A DNA stretch of 32,000 nt from Mycoplasmoides pneumoniae FH (GTDB taxonomy: Bacteria; Bacillota_I; Bacilli_A; Mycoplasmatales; Mycoplasmoidaceae), in contig NZ_CP010546.1 in assembly GCF_001272835.1 (NCBI RefSeq), positions 1 through 32,000 on the forward strand, written 5' to 3'. Under the pieces are notes generated by a model. That model was not told the DNA's origin, did no database searches, and saw only the letters and a list, made by a program, of their open reading frames with translations. Numbering within the stretch: position 1 is the first letter of the stretch; every line of letters begins with the position of its first letter. This document shows, piece by piece, positions 1-11,259 of the stretch. The position numbers and the translations under genes are program-made.

Positions 1-2
1 TA

Positions 3-173
3 TTTACCGACGAAATTAATACCATCAGGGTATTAAGATGCTACCAACGTGGTATTAAAATGTGCCCAACCGCGAAAAAGAAAGTGGTATATAGGAAAAT
101 GGAAAACAAATTTGTTTACCGTTTACTATTAAATACTAATCTTCTATATAGTATAGAGAAACTTTTTCTTTAA
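3..173 (+). other. Possible 3' end of an ORF running off the left edge (56 open codons then TAA), unknown product
   Basis: Frame 3 reads ...FTDEINTIRVLRCYQRGIKMCPTAKKKVVYRKMENKFVYRLLLNTNLLYSIEKLFL* with a real TAA at 171-173. No start is visible and no family was recognised. Confidence 0.2.
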
Positions 174-400
174 CATAATATTATCTTAATATTATTTACC
201 TACTAATAGCTTAATATTATTAGTATTTATTTAGTATTATGCTAATACTATGCAGATATTATCTTAATATTATCTATAGTATTAGGCTAATATTATTCTT
301 AATATTTATTAAGGTACTAAAGCATTACCTATAGGTGATATTATGACAATACTAAAGTGGTTAGTATTATTAGGGTATTATTCAAAGTATTCTCCAACAC
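120..400. repeat. AT-rich region with degenerate TAATATTAT/TAGTATTA repeats, including an 18-bp exact direct repeat (178-195 and 256-273)
   Basis: ATATTATCTTAATATTAT occurs twice, 78 bp apart, amid many shorter related units. It lies upstream of dnaN, so it is a candidate part of the replication origin region. Confidence 0.55.
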
Positions 401-486
401 TATTCCCTTAGCTCTAACTTAATATCCCTTTAATACCAAGATGGTTAAACAATGAAGAAAATTAGTTGTTTGTTCTGGCCCTTTAC

Positions 487-511
487 TATATATGTACATA
501 GTACATATATA
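487..511. repeat. Perfect 11-bp inverted repeat with 3-nt spacer (TATATATGTAC-ATA-GTACATATATA)
   Basis: Direct reading of the sequence in the non-coding region upstream of dnaN. Confidence 0.7.
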
Positions 512-690
512 AGAAAGGCTACCATGACATTATATATAATAGGCATCCAGAAATAAAAGCCAAATTAATCTATAATTAAGTATTTATACTTAATTATAGT
601 GATTTTATTAACAAAATTAGTGACATTTGGCCATCCATAATAAATAAAATCAAATAAACAAAACAAAAAGAAAAAAACTATAAAAAGGGC

Positions 691-1833
691 ATGAAAGTTT
701 TGATTAATAAGAATGAGTTGAACAAAATCCTCAAAAAACTCAACAATGTAATCGTATCTAACAATAAGATGAAACCATACCACTCTTATTTATTAATAGA
801 GGCTACAGAAAAGGAAATTAACTTCTATGCTAACAACGAGTACTTTTCTGCTAAATGTACCTTAGCCGAAAACATTGATGTACTTGAAGAAGGTGAAGTA
901 ATTGTTAAAGGCAAAATCTTTAGCGAACTCATTAACGGAATTAAAGAAGACATCATTATTATTCAAGAGAAAGATCAAACTCTTTTAGTCAAAACAAAAA
1001 AAACAAACATTAACCTTAACACGATTGATAAGAAAGAATTCCCCAGAATCCGTTTCAACCAAAACGTTGATTTGAAGGAATTTGATGAACTTAAAATCCA
1101 ACACAGCCTTTTAACTAAAGGACTTAAAAAGATTGCCCATGCTGTTTCTACATTTAGAGAATCCACTAGAAAATTCAACGGGGTTAACTTCAACGGTTCC
1201 AATGGTAAACAAATCTTTTTAGAGGCATCGGATTCTTATAAGCTCTCTGTTTATGAAATCAAACAAAAAACCGATCCATTTAATTTCATTGTCGAAACTA
1301 ATCTTTTGAGCTTCATCAATTCTTTTAACCCTGAAGGTGGTGATTTAATCAGTATCTTCTTCCGCAAAGAACACAAGGATGATTTAAGTACCGAATTACT
1401 GATTAAGTTAGATAACTTCTTAATTAACTACACCTCAATTAACGAAAGCTTTCCGCGGGTAATGCAGTTGTTTGACTTTGAACCAGAAACCAAAGTAACC
1501 ATTCAAAAAAACGAACTTAAAGATGCATTACAAAGAATCTTGACGTTAGCTCAAAACGAGCGCTTCTTTCTCTGTGACATGCAAGTAACCAACTCCCACC
1601 TCAAAATTAATTCCAACGTTCAAAACATTGGTGCATCCTTAGAAGAAGTTACTTGCCTTAAGTTCGAAGGTCACAAACTCAACATCGCTGTTAATGCGCT
1701 TTCCCTCTTGGAACACATTGACTCATTTGATACTGATGAAATTGAGCTTTACTTCCAGGGCAGTAACAAATACTTTTTAATTAGTTCGAACAACGAACCT
1801 GAACTTAAAGAAATCCTAGTTCCTTCCAAGTAA
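691..1833 (+). CDS. dnaN: DNA polymerase III subunit beta (sliding clamp)
   Basis: 380-aa ORF starting MKVLINKNELNKILKKLNNVI with clamp-like organisation. It is immediately followed by a J-domain gene and gyrB/gyrA, as in Mycoplasma origin regions. Confidence 0.95.
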   Translation: MKVLINKNELNKILKKLNNVIVSNNKMKPYHSYLLIEATEKEINFYANNEYFSAKCTLAENIDVLEEGEVIVKGKIFSELINGIKEDIIIIQEKDQTLLVKTKKTNINLNTIDKKEFPRIRFNQNVDLKEFDELKIQHSLLTKGLKKIAHAVSTFRESTRKFNGVNFNGSNGKQIFLEASDSYKLSVYEIKQKTDPFNFIVETNLLSFINSFNPEGGDLISIFFRKEHKDDLSTELLIKLDNFLINYTSINESFPRVMQLFDFEPETKVTIQKNELKDALQRILTLAQNERFFLCDMQVTNSHLKINSNVQNIGASLEEVTCLKFEGHKLNIAVNALSLLEHIDSFDTDEIELYFQGSNKYFLISSNNEPELKEILVPSK

Positions 1834-1836
1834 CTA

Positions 1837-2766
1837 ATGACGCTTTATGACTTACTAGAGCTGCCCCAAACTGCTACACTACAGGAAATCAAAACAGCTT
1901 ACAAACGCTTAGCTAAACGTTATCACCCTGACATCAATAAACAAGGGGCAGATACCTTTGTCAAGATTAATAACGCCTATGCCGTTTTAAGCGATACCAC
2001 CCAAAAAGCGGAGTATGACGCTATGCTACGCTTTAGTGAATTTGAAGACCGAGTTAAACGCCTGGACTTCTCGATTAAGTGACACGAACAGTTTATGGAG
2101 GAATTACAGTTCCACCACAACTGGGACTTTGACTTTATCCGCAACAGGGAATACACCCAGCCAACCCCTACCAACAATAAGTATTCTTCCTTTTTAGACA
2201 AGGATGTATCCTTGGCCTTTTACCAACTTTACTCCAAGGGCAAGTTGGACTTTGACTTGGAAGACACACTTCTTAGACGTCATTCGATCAAGCAAGCCTT
2301 CTTAAAGGGCAAGAAGCTTAACGATGTTTTAAAAGAGCAGTACAACTATTTAGGTTGATTAGAGGCCAAGCGCTATTTCAACATTGATGTCGAAATCGAA
2401 TTAACCCCCAAAGAAGTGCGTGAAGGTGGGGTGGTCAACCTCCCTTTAAAGATCAAAGTCATTTCCAATAACTACCCTGGACAAATGTGGTACGAACTCA
2501 ACAAGAACTATTCCTTCCGGCTTCTTTGAGACATTAAAAACGGTGAGGTGGCAGAGTTCTTTGGCAAGGGTAATCGGGCCTTGGGTTGACGCGGTGATCT
2601 GATTGTGCGAATGCGGATTGTCGACAAAATTAAGAAGCGCTTACGCATCTTTTCCAGTCATTTTGAACAGGACAAAACCAAGTTGTGATTCCTCGTGCCG
2701 CAGGACAAACAAGACAATCCTAATAAGTGGGTTTTTGACTATAAAACACACGAGTTTATTGTTTAA
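1837..2766 (+). CDS. J-domain (DnaJ-like) protein with a longer C-terminal region
   Basis: N-terminus MTLYDLLELPQTATLQEIKTAYKRLAKRYHPDINKQ... with the HPD motif. The frame continues through in-frame TGA (e.g. 2080-2082) to TAA at 2764-2766. Confidence 0.9.
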
Positions 2767-2800
2767 AATCGCTTAATTTTTAATGTGGTATAATTGTTTG
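2763..2800 (+). promoter_or_regulatory. Candidate promoter for gyrB-gyrA (TATAAT at 2789-2794)
   Basis: GTGGTATAAT -10-like sequence in the intergenic gap, about 60 nt upstream of the gyrB start. Confidence 0.45.
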
Positions 2801-2852
2801 GATTCGCCATAAATTTTGCTTATGGCTTTTAACTTTCCAACGTGCACATTAA

Positions 2853-4805
2853 ATGGAAGACAATAACAAAACGCAAGCTTACGATTCCAGTAGCATTAAG
2901 ATTCTTGAAGGCTTAGAGGCCGTGCGTAAGCGCCCCGGCATGTACATCGGTTCCACCGGCGAAGAAGGGTTGCACCACATGATCTGGGAAATCATTGATA
3001 ACTCAATTGACGAGGCCATGGGTGGCTTTGCGAGTACTGTCAAACTAACCCTTAAAGACAACTTTGTCACCATTGTGGAGGATGATGGCCGGGGCATTCC
3101 CGTTGACATCCATCCTAAGACCAACCGCTCCACCGTTGAAACAGTGTTTACGGTACTCCACGCTGGGGGTAAGTTTGACAACGATAGCTATAAGGTGTCA
3201 GGGGGACTCCACGGTGTGGGTGCCTCGGTTGTTAATGCTTTAAGTTCCTCCTTTAAGGTATGGGTAGCCAGGGAGCACCAACAGTACTTCCTAGCGTTCC
3301 ACAACGGTGGGGAAGTGATTGGTGATCTTGTCAACGAAGGTAAGTGTGACAAGGAACACGGTACCAAGGTTGAGTTTGTCCCGGACTTTACCGTGATGGA
3401 AAAGAGTGATTACAAACAAACGGTAATTGCTAGTAGGTTGCAACAATTAGCCTTTCTCAACAAAGGGATCCAAATTGACTTTGTTGATGAACGCCGTCAA
3501 AATCCGCAAAGCTTTTCTTGGAAGTATGATGGTGGCTTAGTCCAATACATCCACCACCTCAACAACGAAAAGGAACCTTTATTTGAGGACATTATCTTTG
3601 GTGAAAAAACCGATACTGTTAAATCAGTTAGCCGTGATGAGAGCTACACAATTAAGGTGGAAGTGGCCTTTCAGTACAACAAGACGTATAACCAATCAAT
3701 CTTTAGTTTTTGTAACAACATTAATACCACTGAAGGCGGTACCCACGTTGAAGGCTTTCGCAATGCCTTAGTGAAGATCATTAACCGCTTTGCTGTCGAA
3801 AACAAGTTCTTAAAGGAAACGGATGAAAAGATTACCCGCGATGACATCTGTGAAGGGTTAACGGCCATTATCTCAATTAAGCACCCCAACCCCCAGTATG
3901 AGGGTCAAACCAAAAAGAAATTGGGTAACACCGAAGTGCGTCCTCTAGTTAACAGTATTGTTAGTGAAATCTTTGAGCGCTTTATGTTGGAAAACCCCCA
4001 GGAAGCCAACGCCATTATTCGCAAAACGCTGTTAGCGCAAGAAGCACGGCGCCGTAGTCAGGAAGCACGGGAACTGACCCGCAGGAAATCTCCCTTTGAC
4101 AGTGGTTCACTCCCGGGTAAGTTAGCAGACTGTACCACCCGTGATCCCTCAATTAGTGAACTGTACATTGTCGAGGGAGATAGCGCTGGTGGTACGGCTA
4201 AAACGGGGCGGGACCGTTACTTCCAAGCGATCCTACCATTAAGGGGTAAGATCCTCAATGTGGAAAAGTCCCACTTTGAACAAATCTTTAATAATGTGGA
4301 AATCTCGGCTTTAGTCATGGCCGTTGGCTGTGGCATTAAACCAGACTTCGAGTTGGAAAAACTGCGGTATAACAAGATCATTATCATGACCGATGCTGAT
4401 GTCGATGGGGCGCACATCCGTACCCTCCTTTTAACCTTCTTCTTTCGCTTTATGTATCCCTTGGTGGAACAGGGCAACATTTACATTGCCCAACCCCCAC
4501 TGTATAAGGTCTCTTACTCTAATAAGGACTTATACATGCAAACCGATGTCCAACTAGAGGAGTGGAAGCAACAACACCCTAATCTGAAATACAACTTACA
4601 ACGCTACAAGGGTTTAGGGGAAATGGATGCCATCCAACTGTGGGAAACCACGATGGATCCCAAGGTGCGTACCTTACTAAAGGTAACCGTTGAAGATGCT
4701 TCAATTGCTGATAAAGCCTTCTCCTTGTTAATGGGCGATGAAGTTCCCCCAAGACGGGAATTCATCGAACAAAACGCACGTAACGTAAAGAACATTGATA
4801 TCTAA
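2853..4805 (+). CDS. gyrB: DNA gyrase subunit B
   Basis: 650-aa ORF with [48 protein letters not shown] and [24 protein letters not shown] motifs. Confidence 0.97.
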   Translation: MEDNNKTQAYDSSSIKILEGLEAVRKRPGMYIGSTGEEGLHHMIWEIIDNSIDEAMGGFASTVKLTLKDNFVTIVEDDGRGIPVDIHPKTNRSTVETVFTVLHAGGKFDNDSYKVSGGLHGVGASVVNALSSSFKVWVAREHQQYFLAFHNGGEVIGDLVNEGKCDKEHGTKVEFVPDFTVMEKSDYKQTVIASRLQQLAFLNKGIQIDFVDERRQNPQSFSWKYDGGLVQYIHHLNNEKEPLFEDIIFGEKTDTVKSVSRDESYTIKVEVAFQYNKTYNQSIFSFCNNINTTEGGTHVEGFRNALVKIINRFAVENKFLKETDEKITRDDICEGLTAIISIKHPNPQYEGQTKKKLGNTEVRPLVNSIVSEIFERFMLENPQEANAIIRKTLLAQEARRRSQEARELTRRKSPFDSGSLPGKLADCTTRDPSISELYIVEGDSAGGTAKTGRDRYFQAILPLRGKILNVEKSHFEQIFNNVEISALVMAVGCGIKPDFELEKLRYNKIIIMTDADVDGAHIRTLLLTFFFRFMYPLVEQGNIYIAQPPLYKVSYSNKDLYMQTDVQLEEWKQQHPNLKYNLQRYKGLGEMDAIQLWETTMDPKVRTLLKVTVEDASIADKAFSLLMGDEVPPRREFIEQNARNVKNIDI

Positions 4806-7324
4806 TGGCAAAGCAACAAGATCAAATTGACAAAATTCGTCAGGAATTAGCACAATCAGCAATTAAAAACATCTCCCTCTCCAGTGAACTAGAACGTTCC
4901 TTCATGGAGTATGCGATGTCGGTGATAGTGGCTCGCGCGCTCCCAGATGCGAGGGATGGACTTAAACCTGTGCACCGCCGTGTGCTCTATGGTGCTTACA
5001 CTGGGGGCATGCACCACGATCGCCCCTTTAAAAAGTCAGCACGGATTGTCGGTGATGTAATGAGTAAGTTCCACCCCCACGGGGACATGGCCATTTACGA
5101 CACAATGTCGCGGATGGCGCAGGACTTTTCTTTGCGTTACCTCTTAATTGACGGACATGGTAACTTTGGCTCGATTGATGGCGATCGTCCCGCAGCACAA
5201 CGTTATACGGAAGCACGGTTGTCGAAATTAGCGGGGGAACTGTTACGTGACATTGACAAGGACACGGTCGACTTTGTCGCTAACTATGATGGGGAAGAAC
5301 AAGAACCAACGGTTTTACCAGCTGCCTTTCCTAATTTATTAGCTAATGGTTCGAGTGGGATTGCGGTAGGGATGTCCACTTCCATTCCGTCTCACAACTT
5401 ATCGGAGTTAATCCAGGGCTTAATCCTTTTAATTGACAACCCTGACTGCACCATTAATGATTTATTAGGTGTCATTAAAGGACCGGACTTTCCCACCGGA
5501 GCCAACATTATTTACACCAAGGGGATTGAAAGCTACTTTGAAACTGGGAAGGGTAATGTGGTCATTCGTTCTAAAGTCAGCATTGAACAACTACCAACCC
5601 GGGCTGCTTTAGTAGTCACGGAAATTCCCTACATGGTCAACAAGACCAGTTTAATTGAAAAGATTGTCGAGTTAGTCAAGGCTGAGGAAATCACCGGGAT
5701 TGCCGATATCCGTGATGAGTCATCCAGGGAAGGAATTCGCTTGGTGATTGAAGTGAAGCGCGACACCGTTCCGGAAGTCTTATTAAACCAACTGTTCAAA
5801 TCAACCCGTTTACAGGTGCGGTTCCCCGTGAACATGTTGGCACTGGTTAAGGGTGCACCTAAATTGCTCAACATGAAGCAAGCGTTAACGGTTTACCTCG
5901 AGCACCAACTCGATGTTCTGATTCGCAAAACCCAGTTTAACCTCAAGAAGTACCAGGAGCGCTTTCATATCTTAAGTGGCCTTTTAATTGCGGCGTTGAA
6001 CATTGATGAGGTAATTGCGATCATTAAAAAGTCCGCTAATAACCAGGTAGCAATGGAAGCACTCCACGAACGCTTCGGGTTAGATGAAATCCAAGCACGG
6101 GCGGTTCTGGACATGCGTTTACGTAGCTTAAGTGTCTTGGAAGTCAATAAACTACAAACCGAACAACAAGAGTTGAAAGCTTTAATTGAGTTCTGTCAAC
6201 AGGTGTTAGCTGACAAACAACTGCAACTCAAACTAATTAAGGAGCAGTTAACCAAGATTAACGAACAGTTTGGCGATCCACGCCGTAGTGAAATCCTGTA
6301 CGGTATTAGTGAAGACATTGATGATGAGGACTTAATTACCCAGGAAAACGTGGTAATCACGATGTCCACTAACGGTTATCTCAAACGGATTGGGGTAGAC
6401 TCTTATAACCTGCAACACCGTGGTGGGGTGGGTGTTAAGGGTTTAACTACCTACACCGATGACAGTATTAGCCAGCTGTTAGTCTGCTCGACCCACTCGG
6501 ACCTCTTATTCTTTACGGACAAGGGAAAGGTCTACCGCATCCGGGCCCACCAAATTCCCCCGGGTTTTCGTACTAACAAGGGGATTCCGGCGGTTAACCT
6601 GATTAAGATCGACAAGGACGAGAAGATCTGTGCCTTAATTTCGGTGAATGATTACCAAAATGGTTACTTCTTCTTTTGTACCAAGAACGGTACCATTAAG
6701 CGCACCAGTCTAAGTGAGTTTGCCAACATCTTGAGTATTGGTAAACGCGCCATCCTCTTTAAGGAAAACGATGTTTTGTTCTCGGTTATTCGCACCAGTG
6801 GTCAAGATGACATCTTTATCGGTTCGACCGCGGGGTTTGTCGTGCGTTTCCACGAAGACACCGTCCGTCCGCTGTCCCGCGCTGCCATGGGGGTCTTGGG
6901 GATTAATCTCAACCAGGGCGAATTTGTCAATGGTCTGTCCACTTCCAGTAACGGGAGTTTATTACTCTCTGTGGGTCAAAATGGCATTGGTAAGCTCACC
7001 AGTATTGACAAATATCGTTTAACCAAGCGGAATGCTAAGGGAGTTAAAACACTACGAGTAACTGCTAAAACTGGTCCGGTTGTGACCACTACGACCGTCT
7101 TTGGTAACGAAGATTTGTTAATGATTTCTTCAGCTGGTAAGATTGTCCGGATTAGTCTGGAACAACTTTCAGAACAGGGAAAAAACACTTCTGGTGTTAA
7201 ACTAATCAAACTAAAAGAGAAGGAACGCTTAGAGACTGTTACTATCTTTAAAAAGGAAGAAGCCATTAAAACCACAACAGCAACCGAGACAGACGATGTT
7301 GGATCGAAACAAATTACGCAATAA
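4805..7324 (+). CDS. gyrA: DNA gyrase subunit A
   Basis: 839-aa ORF with [42 protein letters not shown] and beta-propeller repeats. It overlaps the gyrB stop by 1 nt (TAATG). Confidence 0.97.
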   Translation: MAKQQDQIDKIRQELAQSAIKNISLSSELERSFMEYAMSVIVARALPDARDGLKPVHRRVLYGAYTGGMHHDRPFKKSARIVGDVMSKFHPHGDMAIYDTMSRMAQDFSLRYLLIDGHGNFGSIDGDRPAAQRYTEARLSKLAGELLRDIDKDTVDFVANYDGEEQEPTVLPAAFPNLLANGSSGIAVGMSTSIPSHNLSELIQGLILLIDNPDCTINDLLGVIKGPDFPTGANIIYTKGIESYFETGKGNVVIRSKVSIEQLPTRAALVVTEIPYMVNKTSLIEKIVELVKAEEITGIADIRDESSREGIRLVIEVKRDTVPEVLLNQLFKSTRLQVRFPVNMLALVKGAPKLLNMKQALTVYLEHQLDVLIRKTQFNLKKYQERFHILSGLLIAALNIDEVIAIIKKSANNQVAMEALHERFGLDEIQARAVLDMRLRSLSVLEVNKLQTEQQELKALIEFCQQVLADKQLQLKLIKEQLTKINEQFGDPRRSEILYGISEDIDDEDLITQENVVITMSTNGYLKRIGVDSYNLQHRGGVGVKGLTTYTDDSISQLLVCSTHSDLLFFTDKGKVYRIRAHQIPPGFRTNKGIPAVNLIKIDKDEKICALISVNDYQNGYFFFCTKNGTIKRTSLSEFANILSIGKRAILFKENDVLFSVIRTSGQDDIFIGSTAGFVVRFHEDTVRPLSRAAMGVLGINLNQGEFVNGLSTSSNGSLLLSVGQNGIGKLTSIDKYRLTKRNAKGVKTLRVTAKTGPVVTTTTVFGNEDLLMISSAGKIVRISLEQLSEQGKNTSGVKLIKLKEKERLETVTIFKKEEAIKTTTATETDDVGSKQITQ

Positions 7325-8558
7325 CCTTGACTTCTTTAAAAAGAAGTTAGTTGAACGGGGTGTAAGTGAAAGCCAGTTCGAGGCGTACGTGCAAGCTGAT
7401 AAAGCAATGCGCAAACTGTTGCACCAAATTGAACTGGCCAACCAAAAGCAAACCCTGTTAGCGAAACAGGTTGCCAAGAAGAAGGGTGATCTGAAGTTAT
7501 TAAAGGAATCCAAGGAGTTAAAGCAAAAACTAGAACAGCTCAACATCGCTTTTAAGGAAGCGGAAACCTTAAGCCAAGAGTTACTGTTAAACCTCCCTAA
7601 CATTGCTGATGAATCAGTACCAGTTGGACGGGATGAAACTGCTAACTTAGAACTGCTCAAAGAAGGGCGTAAACCGGTGTTTGACTTTACTCCCTTACCC
7701 CACTGGGAGTTGTGTGAACGCTTACAGTTAGTTGCCTTTGATAAGGCCACTAAGCTAACGGGTGCACGGTTTGTCGCTTACACTGATAAAGCAGCGAAAC
7801 TGCTCCGCGCCATTGCTAGCTTAATGATTGACTTCAACAAAAACAAATACCAGGAGTGAAACGTGCCGGTCATTGTGAACGAGACTAGTCTTACTGGTAC
7901 GGGTCAGCTACCCAAATTTAAGGATGATGTCTTTAAGTTAGAAAACACGCGTTACTACCTCTCCCCGACCCTAGAGGTGCAACTAGCCAACCTCCATGCC
8001 AACGAAATCTTCACGGAGGGTGAACTCCCCAAATACTATACCGCTACTGGGGTGAACTTTCGCCAGGAAGCGGGCAGTGCTGGTAAACAAACTAAGGGTA
8101 CGATTCGCCTACACCAGTTCCAAAAGGTAGAACTAGTGAAGTTTTGTAAACCAAGTGAAGCGATTCACGAACTGGAAGAAATGACCCGGGACGCTGAGCA
8201 AATTTTGTTAGAACTCAAAATTCCCTTTCGCCGTTTGTTACTCTGTAGCGGTGACATGGGTTTTAGTGCCCAGAAAACCTATGACTTGGAAGTGTGGATG
8301 GCGGGTTGCAATGAGTACCGTGAAGTTTCGTCCTGTTCTTCTTGTGGTGACTTTCAAGCACGCAGAGCAATGATCCGCTATAAGGACTTAACCACAGGCA
8401 AGAATACCTATGTGGCTACCTTAAACGGCACCGCTTTAGCGATTGACCGCATCTTTGCAGCCATCTTGGAACACTACCAAACGAAGGCAGGGGAAGTAAT
8501 GATTCCCCAAGCCTTGTTGAAATACTTAGACTTTGACAAAATTACCAAACCAAAATAA
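7296..8558 (+). CDS. serS: Seryl-tRNA synthetase (420 aa)
   Basis: Starts [22 protein letters not shown]. It joins ORFs 7296-7859 and 7863-8558 across a TGA(Trp), and contains [13 protein letters not shown] and class II motif 3 ([16 protein letters not shown]). Confidence 0.95.
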
Positions 8559-8562
8559 ACCA

Positions 8563-9195
8563 ATGAAACAAGGCGTGTTTGTGGCCATAGAGGGCGTGGA
8601 TGGTGCGGGGAAAACCGTCCTCCTAGAAGCTTTTAAACAGCGCTTTCCCCAAAGCTTTTTGGGCTTTAAAACGCTTTTTAGCAGGGAACCCGGGGGCACA
8701 CCGTTAGCGGAAAAAATCCGGGCACTGCTCCTGCATGAAGCAATGGAACCACTTACAGAAGCTTATCTGTTTGCGGCATCGCGCACCGAACACGTGCGCC
8801 AGTTAATCCAACCAGCGTTACAACAAAAACAGTTAGTGATAGTAGACCGCTTTGTGTGATCTAGTTATGCATACCAGGGCTTAATTAAAAAAGTCGGACT
8901 TGATGTGGTCAAAAAGCTCAATGCTGATGCGGTGGGGGATAGTATGCCCGACTTTACCTTTATTGTTGATTGTGACTTTGAGACTGCTTTAAACCGGATG
9001 GCCAAACGCGGTCAGGACAATTTATTGGACAATACTGTCAAAAAGCAAGCGGACTTTAATACTATGCGCCAGTATTACCACAGTTTGGTTGATAACAAAC
9101 GCGTCTTTCTCTTAGACGGGCAAAACCAAACGGGTTGTCTGGAACAATTTATTGAACAATTAAGCCAATGTTTAACCCAACCCACGCTCTCTTAA
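8563..9195 (+). CDS. tmk: Thymidylate kinase (210 aa)
   Basis: MKQGVFVAIEGVDGAGKTVLLEAF P-loop and FSREPGGTPLAEKIR. It joins ORF track fragments 8533-8859 and 8905-9195 across TGA(Trp). Confidence 0.93.
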
Positions 9196-9926
9196 TTATT
9201 CAAAGACGGGGTAGCTATCTCCAACCAGTTTTAACGGAGTACCTAACCCGGGTCGTTTGTGAACAGCAAACGGGGTGTCAAACATGTCCGAGTTGCTTGG
9301 AAATTCTCCATGGTACTTACAACAACTTTTACAGTTTTGACCAAGCCAACCCCTTTAAAAGGGAACATGCCTTGCACCTTAGTGAAGTGTTGAACCGCCA
9401 AAGTGAATCCAACCAAAAACAGCTGTACCTGATTAAAAACTTAGAAACGCTCACCGCTACGGCCATGAACAGCTTGCTCCGTTTAATTGAGGAACACCCG
9501 GTGAATACCTATGGTGTTTTTACCACGAAAAACGAAAACATGATCTTACCCACCATTTTGAGTCGCGTCCAAAAAGTAGTACTCAAAAAAGCGACCCAGT
9601 TACCGTTCCAAGTGGACAGTAAGGACCAGGCGATTCTCAAAAGTTTCTTTAGTGTAGATGAACAGTTACAAGCATTGGACAACGGTAGTTTTACCCGCTT
9701 AAAAACGATTATTACGACACTTACCAATAAGAAAAACACAGCGAGCACGGTTCACAAGGCTTGGGTGTTGTTTAAACAATTAAACCAAACGGAAACGGCT
9801 CAAGTACTGAACTTTATGGTGGATTACACCAAGGACTTAACCAAAAAGGACCGCTTGTTAAACATGGTGCAAAATTTGGTGTTTAACCCACCGAAAGCAG
9901 CGTTGTTTGCTAACCTCATTAACTGA
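9168..9926 (+). CDS. holB: DNA polymerase III delta' -like clamp-loader subunit (252 aa)
   Basis: Contains [35 protein letters not shown], typical of the delta'/DnaX-like family. It follows tmk, a common arrangement. Confidence 0.8.
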   Translation: MFNPTHALLIIQRRGSYLQPVLTEYLTRVVCEQQTGCQTCPSCLEILHGTYNNFYSFDQANPFKREHALHLSEVLNRQSESNQKQLYLIKNLETLTATAMNSLLRLIEEHPVNTYGVFTTKNENMILPTILSRVQKVVLKKATQLPFQVDSKDQAILKSFFSVDEQLQALDNGSFTRLKTIITTLTNKKNTASTVHKAWVLFKQLNQTETAQVLNFMVDYTKDLTKKDRLLNMVQNLVFNPPKAALFANLIN

Positions 9927-9930
9927 TAAG

Positions 9931-11259
9931 ATGGACACCAAACAAACCATGTTTGCCCTCGCTACTGCGCCCTTCAACAGTGCCATTCACATTATTAGGT
10001 TATCTGGTCCCGATGTTTATCGCATTATTAACCAAATAACCAATAAGGAAGTCAAACCGTTGGGTATGCGGATTCAACGCGTTTGGTTAATTGATCACAA
10101 CCAGAAAAAAGTGGATGATGTGTTGCTGTTTAAATTTGTCGCACCTAACTCTTACACTGGGGAAGATCTGATTGAAATTTCGTGCCATGGCAGCATGGTA
10201 ATAGTCAACGAAATTATTGGTTTATTGTTAAAGCACGGGGCGGTACAAGCCCAACCCGGGGAGTTTACGCAGCGCGGCTATCTCAACGGTAAGATGAGTT
10301 TAAACCAAGCGGCTTCTGTTAATAACTTAGTACTTTCACCGAATACAACCCTAAAGGATGTCGCTTTAAATGCGTTAGCTGGTCAAGTTGATGCCAGGTT
10401 AGAACCCTTAGTGGAAAAGTTGGGTCAACTAGTAATGCAAATGGAAGTGAACTTGGATTACCCCGAGTACACTGATGAACAGCGCGAACTGGTGACAATG
10501 AACCAAGCAGTCTTGCAAATAACCCAAATCTTAAACCAAATCGTGGTTGGTCAAGACCAGTTACAACGGCTCAAAGATCCGTTTAAGATTGCCATTATTG
10601 GTAATACTAATGTTGGTAAGTCCTCCTTATTGAATGCTCTGTTAGATCAAGATAAAGCGATAGTATCCGCCATTAAAGGCAGTACCCGTGACATTGTTGA
10701 GGGTGACTTTGCTCTAAACGGTCACTTCGTCAAAATCCTCGACACAGCGGGAATTCGCCAACACCAAAGTGCGCTCGAAAAAGCGGGCATTCAAAAAACC
10801 TTTGGCGCCATTAAAACCGCTAACTTAGTAATTTACCTTTTGGATGCCCGGCAGCCAGAACCTGATCCCAAGATTATTGCGCGATTAAAGAAGCTGAAGA
10901 AGGACTTCTTTTTGGTCCACAATAAAGCAGACTTAGTGCAGCAAAGCTTTCAGGTAAGTATTTCTGCCAAACAAAAACAGATCCAACCACTTGTCGATTT
11001 ATTAACCCAATACCTACACCAGTTTTACAGTGTGGAGCAGAACCAGCTCTACTTAATTAGTGATTGGCAAACGATCCTGCTCCAAAAAGCAATAGCCGAA
11101 CTAGAACATTTTTTAATTAAACAACAAAACTGCCTTTTCTTTGATATCCTAGTTGTTCATTTACGTGCTGCTCACGAATACATTCTCCAAGTCTTGGGTA
11201 AAAACACCAACTATGACCTGATTAACGAAATCTTTAAGCACTTTTGCTTAGGTAAGTAA
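9931..11259 (+). CDS. mnmE: tRNA modification GTPase MnmE/TrmE (442 aa)
   Basis: [28 protein letters not shown]; G1 [15 protein letters not shown]; C-terminal CLGK. The TrmE-like ATG is at 9931; the ORF track's 9907 start is upstream. Confidence 0.95.
   Translation: MDTKQTMFALATAPFNSAIHIIRLSGPDVYRIINQITNKEVKPLGMRIQRVWLIDHNQKKVDDVLLFKFVAPNSYTGEDLIEISCHGSMVIVNEIIGLLLKHGAVQAQPGEFTQRGYLNGKMSLNQAASVNNLVLSPNTTLKDVALNALAGQVDARLEPLVEKLGQLVMQMEVNLDYPEYTDEQRELVTMNQAVLQITQILNQIVVGQDQLQRLKDPFKIAIIGNTNVGKSSLLNALLDQDKAIVSAIKGSTRDIVEGDFALNGHFVKILDTAGIRQHQSALEKAGIQKTFGAIKTANLVIYLLDARQPEPDPKIIARLKKLKKDFFLVHNKADLVQQSFQVSISAKQKQIQPLVDLLTQYLHQFYSVEQNQLYLISDWQTILLQKAIAELEHFLIKQQNCLFFDILVVHLRAAHEYILQVLGKNTNYDLINEIFKHFCLGK

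Noticed and set aside
565-783. Minus-strand ORF of 72 aa overlapping the dnaN start
   Set aside because: Low-complexity F/L/I-rich translation of AT-rich DNA; no ribosome-binding site or family resemblance.
975-9748. Minus-strand ORFs inside dnaN, gyrB, gyrA, serS and holB (e.g. 975-1202, 2879-3181, 6976-7275, 7229-7750, 9509-9748)
   Set aside because: They are antisense to well-supported conserved genes, lack recognisable motifs, and look like chance open frames.
9907-9930. Upstream start for mnmE at 9907 as given by the ORF track
   Set aside because: The family N-terminus ([14 protein letters not shown]) starts at ATG 9931, while 9907 would add residues overlapping the preceding gene.
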